Positions 53,419-64,000 of a DNA stretch of 64,000 bases are shown here, one piece after another (position 1 is the first letter of the stretch; the number at the start of each line of letters is the position of its first letter). The notes beneath the pieces were generated by a model. It did no database searches and had not been told where the DNA came from. It saw nothing but the letters and a program-made list of their open reading frames with translations. Source of the stretch: Eledone cirrhosa. Taxonomy: Eukaryota. The stretch is taken from positions 9,734,001 through 9,798,000 of the forward strand of contig OZ024763.1 in the NCBI GenBank assembly GCA_964016885.1, written 5' to 3'. Made by a program: the position numbers and the translations under genes.

Positions 53419-53469
53419 AGTTTAAGCAAAGAATCACTGCTTTCACCCTTAACGGGATCTTCTGAAACT
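53419..53469 (-). ncRNA. Hammerhead with CAGAAGA core
   Basis: AGUUU CAGAAGA uCCCguuaaGGGu GAAA GCAG ugauucu UUGC UU AAACU. Confidence 0.68.
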
Positions 53470-53527
53470 AACAAAGATCCCGTTAAGGGTGAAAGCAGCG
53501 ATTCTTTGCTTAAACTTTAATCTGTTA

Positions 53528-53584
<57 letters not shown>

Positions 53585-54018
53585 ATATATATATGTATAT
53601 ATATATATATTCTTTCAAGCATTGATTTTACATGGTTACCTTTAATTTTGTTTACACACACACACCCACACACACATGCATGCATATATATATATATCAT
53701 CATCATCATCATCATCGTTTAACGTCTATCTTCCACGCTAGCATGGGTTTATATATATATGTATATATGTATATATATATACATATATATATATATATAC
53801 ATCGATATTTCGTTTTTGGATTTGTTTTGCAAGATTTCTTATCTGAAAGATGTTGTAGTTTGGGAGGGTCATGCTGCCAATAAAAACACACGCTCCTGTT
53901 GGTTTTCACTTCTTTTAATTATAAATTCCCTGTTGGTTGATTGGTTTGATAACCGGATGGTTGTTTATATATTGTCAAAGCTCTTTCTTCACACATTCTG
54001 ACACAAAATAAAAACCCA

Positions 54019-54061
54019 GTCACTGAGGAGGTCACAGAATGTGTGACGAAAGAGCTTTGAC
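54019..54061 (+). ncRNA. Hammerhead ribozyme (GUCA family)
   Basis: GUCA CUGAGGA g GUCAC agaaugu GUGAC GAAA GAGC UU UGAC. Confidence 0.7.
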
Positions 54062-54708
54062 AATATATAAACAACCATATATAAACAACAATTGAAGTGA
54101 AAACAAACAGGTACGTGTGTTTTTATTGGCAGCATGACCCTCCCAAAGTATAACAAAATATATATATATACACATATATATAATCTTCGTTATGGCTAAG
54201 TGATGAAACTCCAAAATAACAAGAGTCACCACTCAGCCATATTAAAGAATATTTAAATCTACGTAGGTAATCAGTACTCATTCTCATGCCTGTTAATATA
54301 ACTCGCATGTATATATATATATAAACGTATATATATATATATATATATAGTTAGATGAGTTGTCCCATTTTGAGACAAGTCAGATCAGGTAACCGTGTCT
54401 TGTTCATATACCCCCCCCCCATATATGTATATGTATGTATATAAGTATATATGTATGTGTATATATGTATATGTATATATGTATATGTATATGTATATAT
54501 ATATATATGTATAGTAATAATAATATATATATATGTATATATATGTAGATAAATATACACGGGTGTGTATGATTGTGTATAGAAGATTATATTAATAAAA
54601 AGGAATTCCAACTTTGTCTGATTTACTCGTTTTATTTACAATCCTTTAAAATTTATAATGGTATTATAATGAAATAGTATGATAGAATATTAAATGTTAA
54701 GTGTTAAT

Positions 54709-54747
54709 TGAACAAGTACTTTCATGCTTTCGCAATCTTCAGGTTCA
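54709..54747 (-). ncRNA. Minimal hammerhead ribozyme
   Basis: UGAAC CUGAAGA uUGC GAAA GCAu GAAA GUAC UU GUUCA; GNRA-capped stem II, palindromic AGUACU. Confidence 0.8.
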
Positions 54748-54820
54748 TATTCTGTGGTGACAGTCAAGTTGCAATTTTCAACTGGATATCTATATATGTA
54801 TATTTATATATGTATATGTA

Positions 54821-54865
<45 letters not shown>

Positions 54866-55004
54866 GTTTATGTATATATGTATTGTATATATGTATATAT
54901 ATATATATATGTATATATATGTATATATATATATATGTATATATAAATGTATATGCATATATATATATATATACATATATCTGCATATGTATATATACAT
55001 ATAT

Positions 55005-56230
55005 ATCATCATCATCATCATCATTTAACGTCCATCTTCCATGCTAGCATGGGTTAGACGGGAGTTGTCCCACTTGAGGCAAGGTTGGTCGGGTGACCGT
55101 GTCTCATTCATATAGGACTATCTGGCAGGTTTTCTACGGCTGGATGCCCTTCCTAACACCAACCACATTTACAGTGTGGACTGGGAACTTTTTACTGTGT
55201 TACCTACACAACCACATTACAGCGTGGATTGTGTGTTTTTTGTTGTGACACCTACACAATCTCGATCTCATTATCTCATTTATTTGGACTGGATGTCGTA
55301 GTACCAACTTTACAGAGAGAGGGTGGTGTTGGTGGGAGTGGGAGGATAGAGTTGGGGGAGTCGATTGGGGTGTATATTTGGTTAAGAGGTGCCTACTGAC
55401 TGTAGGTTTCGCTTTGTACATAGGCAAGGCGGGTCTTCTGTATTACTGCGTAGCGCCAAACATCTCGGTCCAGTGACATTGTCTTGGAGAGGTGTAAGTG
55501 TGTGAGGTCGGAATTTATCAAGTCATCCTAGGTTTTTCTGGGTCTGCCTACTCCGTGGCTACCGTCTATTTTGATCTCCCTGCACTTTTTTTTATACAGC
55601 TGTCATCTTTCATGCGCATCACGTGGCCGTACCAACATAGTCTTATTCCTAATTTCTCACTTAGTTCATTTATGCTTTGCTTTTCACGTATATTACTATC
55701 ACACATTCAACGGAGCATGCAAGCTTCATTCCTCTCCAGTCTGCGTATATCCTCTGCACACAATGCCCATGTTTCACTGCCATGTAGCATTGCTGTTCGT
55801 ATGCAGGCATCATACAATCTGCCTTTCATTTTTAGAGAGAAACCTTTAGTGGCCAACAGCGGTATAAGCTCTCTGAACTTTTTCCATCCCGTTCTGACTC
55901 TAGCTACTGTACTTTCAGAGCACCCTCCACCACTGCTCATTTTGTCACCCAGATAATGGAAACTGTCCACTATTTCTATAGAACCATCTGGACAATGGAA
56001 GGAGCTAGTATCCTGTGGGCACTTGCTACTTATTGCACCTGAGCATCGGCCACATATAAAGTCTACGTTCTTAGATAGCTTACCTGTGATCCCACTACAT
56101 CTTTTATGCACCCATACTTTGCATTTGGGAAATAAAATGGAGTTTCTGCCTACTCCTTTCCTACACACTGAGCATGGCCATTTCCCTGAGGGGACCAGTG
56201 CCCTATTTTCCTTCCTACATACTAGAACTT
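55005..56230 (-). mobile_element. RTE subfamily A 3' part
   Basis: ORF 55707-56270 with PHD-like finger and FHYLGD; (GAT)n tail. Confidence 0.9.
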
Positions 56231-56544
56231 TACATATATATATATATTTATTAAAATAACATATATACATATATATATATAAATTTTCGCTCTACATGTC
56301 TGAATACAATAAATGTAACCTGAGTTTTTCGAATATTAATAATAACATTTGATTCATTTGTAATTATGCAAACAAGCCTCATTTTTAATATTCGGAAAAC
56401 TCAGATTACATTTATATATACATATATATATATAGTAATAATAATAAATGTGAAGACTAAAATCCAAAGAGGGCTCGATAAGGATAAATATATATCAAAT
56501 ATATAAGAACCCTAGAGCAAATATTTATTAAAATAACAGATTAA

Positions 56545-56594
56545 ATTTTAAGCAAAGAATCACTGCTTTCACCCTTAACGGGATCTTCTGAAAC
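56545..56594 (-). ncRNA. Hammerhead with CAGAAGA core
   Basis: Paralog of 53419. Confidence 0.62.
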
Positions 56595-56708
56595 ACAGAT
56601 ATTTTAATAAATATTTGCTCTAGGGTTCTTATATATTTGATATATATTTATCCTTATCGAGCCTTCTTTGGATTTTAGTCTTCACATTTATTATTATTAC
56701 TATATATA

Positions 56709-57321
56709 TGTTTACAAACAAACCGAACACTATAATAAATGTTCGGTAAACCCATATGTACATATATATGTGTGCATGTATGTATATATATACATACTAC
56801 TGTGCGTCTGTATACATATATGTATGTACGTATACATACTTATATTTAAGTATCAGCCGTACTAAGAGTGAGAAATGAAATTTCATTTTTTCCATTTATC
56901 ATTTTCAGTACGCCTGGCTGACTAACTCACTCGATATGCAAATTAGGCTGCTCAGCCGTTAATATGCATAAGGAAAGTATATACTTTAAACGTTCAATCG
57001 ATTGACAGGAAGGTATATGGTGCTGATGACAGCTAATAAGCTAGAAACTAGTTCATCGTCCCTTTGTCAGTGTTGAACAAAAGGGCAACGATGGTTGTCG
57101 AACACTGTACGGCTTAATTCGGGCTGTTTGTTTAGAAACAAACCAAACATTATAATAAATGTTTGGTAAACGCATACGTACATATATATATGTGTGCATG
57201 TATGTATATATATATACATACCACTGTACGTCTGTATACATATATGTATGTACGTATACATACTCATATTTAAGTATCAGCCATACTAAGAGCGAGAAAT
57301 GAAATTTTATTTTTTCCATTT
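56709..57321 (+). mobile_element. Non-coding ~420-bp unit with ~190-bp terminal direct repeats and a central hammerhead (retrozyme/pLTR-like)
   Basis: 56709-56897 repeats at 57129-57321; flanked by (TA)n. Confidence 0.65.
57017..57059 (+). ncRNA. Minimal hammerhead ribozyme
   Basis: AUGGUG CUGAUGA cAGCUaauaAGCUa GAAA CUAG UU CAUCGU; palindromic ACUAGU. Confidence 0.8.
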
Positions 57322-57356
57322 ATATATATATACCGTATATATATGTATATATATAT

Positions 57357-57404
<48 letters not shown>

Positions 57405-57709
57405 TATTTTATTTGTTGCATGAGAAAGAACCTTTAAATCTGTTAGACTAATTGCCTATAAACACCTTAGACACAGACACCTCACCTCACCTCACACACA
57501 TGCACAAAAACACGCATATACATATACAAAAATACTCACTCATACACAGACAAATATTAATATGAAGTAGTGTATAAACTGTGATAAATAAATTTGTTGA
57601 ATAACCAACAAATTAAATATCTCTTTGCTTATATATATATGTGTGTATATGTATGTGTATGTATATATGCATATATATAACGAAGGAATTGTGGTAAGGA
57701 ACCTTTTCC

Positions 57710-57746
<37 letters not shown>

Positions 57747-57832
57747 ATATGTATATATATGTGTATATGTATGTGTTTGTATATATATATATATATGTGT
57801 GTATATGTATGTATAAATATATATATATGTGT

Positions 57833-58755
57833 GTCATCATCATCATCATCATCATCACCGTTTTACGTCCGTTCTTCCACGCTAGCATGGGTTAGACGGG
57901 TTGTCCTGTTGTGGGCAGTGTCTGGTCGGCTGACCATGCCTTGCTCATACAGGAACTGATCTGGCTTGATTTCTACAGCTGGATGCCCTTCCTAACACCA
58001 ACCTCATTTACAGTGAGTGCTGGGTGCTTTTTCGTGGCGCCTACACGTCCACTTTACAGTGTGGGCTGGGTGCTTTTTTGCCGTGGCACCTCCACGACCA
58101 CCTTGCGGTGGGGGGGGGGGGGCATATTGTTTATATGCTTCAGCATGTACCCATGGGAGGTCGGGTACCCTGTATTACTGCGTGACGCCAGAGGTCACGG
58201 TCGTGTGTCATTGACTTTGAGAGGTGTAGTTGGGTAAGGTCGGCTTTTATCACCTCATCCCAAGTCATCTTGGGTCTCCCCACTCCGCGGTTTCCATCAA
58301 CTTCTAGTGCTCTGCACCTTTTTATGCAGCTGTCATCCTTCATACGCATCACATGTCCATACCAGCGTAACCGCCTCTCCTGCACGCAGCATTTGATTCC
58401 TCTTATGCTCAGTCTCTCTCTCAATTCATTTATGCTTTGTCGTTCACGTATATTACTGTTACACATCCATCGGAGCATGCAGGCTTCGTTTCTCTCTAAT
58501 CTACGTAAGTCTTCCACCTTCAGCGCCCAGGTCTCACTACCATGCAACATCGCTGTTCGGATACACGCATCATACAGTCTGCCTTTCATTCTGAGGGAGA
58601 AGCCTTTTGCAGCTAGCAGTGGTAGTAGTTCCCTAAACTTCTTCCATCCCGTTCTTACCCTAGTTATTGTACTTTCTGAGCACCCACCTCCGTTGCTAAT
58701 TCGGTCACCTAGGTAGCAGAAGCTGTCTACTGTTTCTACAGGGCCCTCCCAGAGA
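57833..58755 (-). mobile_element. RTE subfamily C 3' part
   Basis: ORF 58140-58589; (GAT)n tail. Confidence 0.9.
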
Positions 58756-59209
58756 TTGGTGTGTATATATGCATATATGTATATATGTATGTGTATATAT
58801 GTATGTGTGTGTGTATATATGTATAAATGTATGTGTATATGTACGTGTGTATGTATGTATGTATGAATGTATGTGTGTGTATGTACGTATGATAATGTGT
58901 ATGTATGTATGTGAGTATATGTATATATGTGTGTGGCTATATATCATCATCCCCGTTTAACGTCCACTTTCCACGCTAGCATGGGTTATATATATATTTC
59001 GTTTCTGAATTTGTTTAGCAAGATTCTTTATCTGAAAACGTGTGTTGAAACCGATATGTTATACTTTGGGAGGGTCATGTTGCCAATAAGAAACACACGC
59101 ACCAGTTGTTTTCACTTCAATTTTTCATAAATTAAATTATAAATTTAAAAAAATTTATAAATTTCCGGTTGGTTGGTTGGTTCCACAACTGCACGGTTGT
59201 TCATATATT

Positions 59210-59252
59210 GTCAAAGTTCTTTCGTCACACATTCTGTGACCTCATCAGTGAT
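59210..59252 (-). ncRNA. Hammerhead ribozyme (GUCA family)
   Basis: CUGAUGA g GUCAC/GUGAC GAAA GAAC UU UGAC. Confidence 0.65.
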
Positions 59253-59715
59253 TGGGGATTCTTTTCTTTGTTTTGTGCCTCTCCTTTGTTCTGTCCTACG
59301 CCATCTTGTTTTTGTGTGTGTTGTGTGCTTAGTTTGCGCATGTGTTACATCTGGGTGTCTGTGTGTGTTTTTATTTGCTTATTTACATGTTACTAGTTAG
59401 TTGTTTGTTCTATGTGTGTGTGTTTTCATTTTTGTCCTTAATTGTTTGTTGTGATGTTGCTATTCCATTCATGTTTTCTATTAAATTTTGGTTGGAGGTC
59501 ATTTATGTTTATTGCCTCTGTGATTTGTCTAAACATTGCATCTTTTCTGTGTGTAGATTTTATTTTTATTTCTATGTTCTCTAATTTGCCCTTATGTTCT
59601 ATTTTAGCATGTTGGTAGATGAGTCTTTTCTATCATGGAGTTCTCGCCAGTGTTCATTAAATCATTCTCCTATGCTACGAGCTGTCTCACCTATGTACAT
59701 TATATTCTTATCCTT

Positions 59716-59877
59716 AGGGCGGTGATTTGGCAGTATCGGTAGAGAGTCAGACGCCATGCTTTCCAGCATAGTTACGTCCATTTACGGACTGAGTTCAAAT
59801 CCCGCCAAGGTTAACTTTGCCTTTCATCCTTTAAAGTACCAGTAAAGTACTGGCCTTGTGCCAAAAGTAGAAACAAT
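59716..59877 (+). mobile_element. SINE family 1
   Basis: Consensus match. Confidence 0.85.
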
Positions 59878-59985
59878 TATATTCTTATCTTTACATTGTC
59901 CCTCAGTACATCTTATGCTATATACTACGTTTCTAGTTTTACAGTTAATATGGGGGCTTAGTTTACAGATTATGCATTTCTTATC
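59878..59985 (-). mobile_element. Penelope-like GIY-YIG N-terminal fragment
   Basis: INCKTRNVVYSIRC...C matches the C.T.NVIY.I.C..C start of PLE GIY-YIG. Confidence 0.6.
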
Positions 59986-60138
59986 TATACATGTAAATAA
60001 ACAAATAAATAAACAAATAAAAACACACACAGACACCCGAATGTAACACATGCGCAAACTAAGCACACAACACACACAAAAACAAGATGGTGTAGGACAG
60101 AAAAAAGGAGAGGCACAAAATAAAGAAAAGAATCCCCA

Positions 60139-60181
60139 GTCACTGATGAGGTCACAGAATATGTGACGAAAGAACTTTGAC
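60139..60181 (+). ncRNA. Hammerhead ribozyme (GUCA family)
   Basis: GUCA CUGAUGA g GUCAC/GUGAC GAAA GAAC UU UGAC. Confidence 0.68.
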
Positions 60182-60328
60182 AATATATTAACAACCGTCC
60201 GGTTGTGGAACCAACCAACCAACCAAAAATTTATAAATTTTAAAATTTATAATTTAATTTATAATAAATTGAAGTGAAAGCAACAGGTGCGTGTGTTTCT
60301 TATTGGCAACATGACCTTCCCAAAGTAT

Positions 60329-60363
<35 letters not shown>

Positions 60364-60396
60364 CAGAAGGAATATTCAATTTGTTGGTAATTTTTT

Positions 60397-60542
60397 GGAA
60401 CACTTCAAAAGGCATGCTTGCTGGGAACAGCAAGAACCCTCCGATACGTCCTGAATATCTGAGGCTGCAGGTAGCGGCTTGATATTCATTTCAACAAACT
60501 TTCCAGTTAAATAACATCAATGGAACAATAATAATAATAATA
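60397..60542 (+). mobile_element. R4/Dong-like LINE 3' end with (AAT)n tail
   Basis: GTLQKACLLGTARTLRYVLNI* (stop 60460-60462), short UTR, AAT repeats. Confidence 0.75.
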
Positions 60543-61211
60543 GTCACAACTAACAGAATGGCCCAGCATTGCTCGGGATTCTAAATATAGATTGGCATGT
60601 TTATAATGTGTATAATGTGTATAAAAACCAGATTAAGGTAGATTATCGTGGTTTACTTAAGACCTGATCACTCCGGACTCGGCCGAGGCCCAAATGGTAT
60701 CTGTTACAATATTTCTAATGAAAGACACTGCCAATCATTTAAACATTTTTTAAAATATTCAAGCATTTTGGAAAGATTTAGGTTTTTAGATAAATACTAG
60801 CAGAATGGCCCGGCGTTGCTCAGGATTCTAAACATAGATTGGCATGTTTATCCCTCCTTTCTGAAACAGTTTTGTCGTATGTTCACCAATTGATGCAGAA
60901 GTCCTAATAAAAAGGGAAGTTGCCTTGGGTGAATAGGCAAATAATTTTCCATTAAGATTTTTCAAAACCACATAATTGCGTTCCCTCTTTTTTTTTGCTG
61001 TTGGTGTGATAGCAGCGGTGGTCGTATTACTAACACAGTCTCATCCTTCTTCAGCCAATCGTGTATATCCCCTTCTGCCTCGTCAGCAATGAGAACAATA
61101 TTTGCTCTAGGGTTCTTATATATTTATCCTTATCGAGCCTCATGAAATAAATACGTTTGTTTATATTTTGTTATTGTGTATGCAAAAATATCTGTATACA
61201 AATATATAATT

Positions 61212-61255
<44 letters not shown>

Positions 61256-61264
61256 ATATATATA

Positions 61265-62037
61265 TTCATCATCATCATCATCATCAACGTTTAACGTCCG
61301 TGTTCCACGCTTGCATGGGTTTGGACGGGGGTATTCCCACTTGAGGCAAGAGTGATTGTCTTGCTCGCATAGGACTGTCTGGCAGGTTTTCTACAGTTGG
61401 ATGCCCTTCCTAACACCAACCACATTTACAGTGTGGGTCTGGGAGGTTTTTACCGTGTTGCCTACACGGCCACATTACAGCGTGGACTGTGTGTTTTTTA
61501 GTCGTGACACCTACACGATCTCATTTGTTTCGGCCTGGATGGCGTGGCACCAACATAACTTTACATAGAAGGGGGTGGTGTGGATGGGATGGGGTGGGTG
61601 GGTGGGACGGGGTGTATTTTGTTAGAGATGCCTACTGGCTGTAGTAGGTTTTACTATGTATTTAGGTAAGGCGGGTCTTCTCTGTTACTGAGTACCGCCA
61701 AAGGTCTCGGTCCAGTGACATTGTCTTGGAGAGGTGTAAGTGTTTATCAGCTCGTCCCAGGTTTTTCTAGGTCTGCCTATTCCGTGGCTACCGTCTATCT
61801 TTATTGCCCTGCACTTTGTTATACAGCTATCGACTTTCATGCGCATCACGTGTCCATACCAACGTAGCCTTCTCTCGAGTAAACAACATCTGATCCCTCT
61901 TATTTCTAATTTTTTCCTTAGTTCGTTTATGCTTTGCCGTTCACGTATATTACTGTTACACATCCAGCGGAGCATGCAAGCTTCGTTCCTCTCTAGTCTG
62001 CGTATATCCTCTGCACACAATGCCCAGGTCTCACTGT
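61265..62037 (-). mobile_element. RTE subfamily A 3' part
   Basis: RRLRWYGHV, GRPRKTW; (GAT)n tail. Confidence 0.88.
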
Positions 62038-62067
62038 ATATTATATATATATATATATATATATATT

Positions 62068-62132
<65 letters not shown>

Positions 62133-62173
62133 ATATATATTATATATATATATATATTAAAATAACAGATTAA

Positions 62174-62224
62174 AGTTTAAGCAAATAATTGCTGCTTTCA
62201 CCCTTAACGGGATCTTCTGAAACT
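62174..62224 (-). ncRNA. Hammerhead with CAGAAGA core
   Basis: AGUUU CAGAAGA uCCC/GGGu GAAA GCAG..UUGC UU AAACU. Confidence 0.66.
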
Positions 62225-62659
62225 AAAAAAATCAATCTGTGAACGCAGAAGTAAATATTTCGAAAAACGTTACACACTATATATATATATATATACACAC
62301 ACACTATATATACATATATACACACACACACACACAGATAGTGTCATAATGCTGTAATGCAGACAGTTATTCTAAGGGCACGACGTGATAGCCATCTAAT
62401 GCGGTCCCTAGGGCATTGGAAATTTGAAATATTTTTTGCCCAAAACACTCACTCGACCATAAGTATTACATGTGTAAAGTTTGAAAAAAATCGGTTGGGT
62501 GGTTCTCGAGTTTTAGGGAGTCAGACAGACAAACAGACATTCTCTGTTTTAGATATATAGATAAGCCAGTATTTTGGAAAGTTTAAGACGTTTTTATGTT
62601 CCTGTGTTCAACCTTCAAGGTAGGCTTTGAAATTTCATTAAAAATATGTTATCTAACCT

Positions 62660-62868
62660 TTAATCCTTTCATTACTATATTTCTAATGAAAGACACTGTC
62701 TATGTCATTAACCCTTTCATTACCATATTTCTAATGAAAGACACTGTCTATGTCATTAACCCTTTCATTACTATATTTCTTATGAAAGACACTGTCTATG
62801 TCATTAACCCTTTCATTACTATATTTCTTATGAAAGACACTGTCTATGTCATTAACCCTTTCATTACC
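62660..62868. repeat. 48-bp tandem repeat (4+ copies) starting TTAACCCTTTC
   Basis: 16-aa periodic ORF; unit resembles a piggyBac-like terminus. Confidence 0.85.
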
Positions 62869-63139
62869 AATGAGAGAGAAATAATAAAAACTATAAGAGT
62901 TTTAATATAACTAACTTTGTTGTTATTCAACTGGTGTTTGGAGCATAACTTAACAAAGGGTCTTACATAAAATTATGATGGAATGTTCTTTAGATAAATA
63001 TAAACACTTTTAAAATAAACAGCTTTGTATCATACAACCAAGAGTTGTTTTAGACAGCTTGTATCAAAAGGATGAATATTGAAATCACACTGCCTTTATG
63101 TCTGCCCAAACTGGGTGTCTTTAGCAGAGTTAATTCTCT

Positions 63140-63400
63140 TCATGTGGCTTAGGGGTTAGGGTGTTCAGCTGACAATCATAAGGTCATGAATACAATTCAA
63201 TGTGATTGTTTTGTGTTCTTAAGCAAGACACTTTATTTCCAGTTGTTCCAGTTCACTCAGTTGGATAAAATGAGTTGTAGCTGTAATTCAAAGTACTTGC
63301 TTGCCTCATTACACACTGTCTCATTCTGAATCTCCATGAGAATTATATTGAGTGTATATGAGTAGAATGCTCAGCTACATGAACATTGATTGCATGATGA
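63140..63400 (+). mobile_element. SINE family 2, degenerate
   Basis: GTGTTCTTAAGCAAGACACTTTATTTC core. Confidence 0.6.
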
Positions 63401-63649
63401 GTAGGTCATTCTGTTGGTCAAACAACTGGAACCAGGCCCTGTTGACAAGGAAAGGAGCGGACACATTGTTCACACATCCTTCTTTTCAATGGTTCTCCCT
63501 TAGATTTAGAAAATAAAGTTTATAAAAATGAATGTCCTGAAACTCAACCACAGAAGCTTTCAGCTGCTTTATAGCTGCTCCAGCTTTTCACTTTTACCTT
63601 CTGTTTTCCTTCTTTTTCACTCTCTTGTTTCTGTTTATTAAATGTAAGA

Positions 63650-63810
63650 TTGGCAGTATCGGTAGAGGGTCGGACGCCATGCTTTCCAGCATAGTTACGT
63701 CCCTTTACGATCTGAGTTCAAATCCCTTTCATCCTTACGGGGTCGATAAAATAAAGTACCAGTAATGCACTGGGTGATTGCTGGCCTTGTGCCTAAAGTA
63801 GAAACAATTA
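63650..63810 (+). mobile_element. SINE family 1
   Basis: Consensus match. Confidence 0.85.
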
Positions 63811-64000
63811 AATGTAAGGGCTACCAGTTACCTCCCTTAGTTACCACCATGTAGTGTGCTGCTATGGGCATGTGATATCTGTGTGGGATGTGTGATATCT
63901 TATGAGCAGTGAATGCAGAGGATATGCGAAGGCTCGAGAGAAATGAAATAAACATTCTTCAATGAATGTGTGATATTAATGAGACGTGAATGATGAAGCA

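Larger units (their letters stand above)
60797..62561 (-). mobile_element. Non-autonomous Helitron with nested RTE and hammerhead-bearing repeat
   Basis: Minus strand A|TC at 62561 ... GC-rich hairpin, CTAG|T at 60797; (ACAG)n subterminal; second decayed 3' end at 60550. Confidence 0.65.

Noticed and set aside
63149-63161. Telomere-like TTAGGG
   Set aside because: Only two imperfect units, inside a SINE head.

Overview
AT-rich, repeat-saturated eukaryotic (animal) non-coding DNA. The repeat repertoire (RTE LINEs with (CAT)n tails, tRNA-derived SINEs, very dense (TA)n/(CAT)n/(AGT)n microsatellites) resembles octopus/coleoid cephalopod genomes; this is an inference. Most long ORFs are microsatellite artefacts or decayed transposons. 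Recognisable elements are RTE-clade LINEs (with a PHD finger inside the RT), CRE-like and R4/Dong-like restriction-endonuclease LINE ends, Penelope-like GIY-YIG fragments, an Hsmar2-like DD34D mariner, a DD37D maT element, a piggyBac-type MITE and a Helitron. One candidate host exon lies at 3468-3609. The most striking hidden signal is about 26 type-I hammerhead ribozyme motifs (plus about 5 decayed ones) in roughly a dozen short repeat families. Many have palindromic (dimer-type) stem III, sit in (TA)n tracts and inverted repeats, and show stem covariation. One lies at the 3' end of a Penelope GIY-YIG ORF, and one family has a fixed non-canonical CAGAAGA core. Also present are a minisatellite born from a CRE retrotransposon coding region and a 2-kb triplication whose middle copy is an unequal-crossover chimera. 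All folds and alignments were done by eye; coordinates of decayed elements are approximate.
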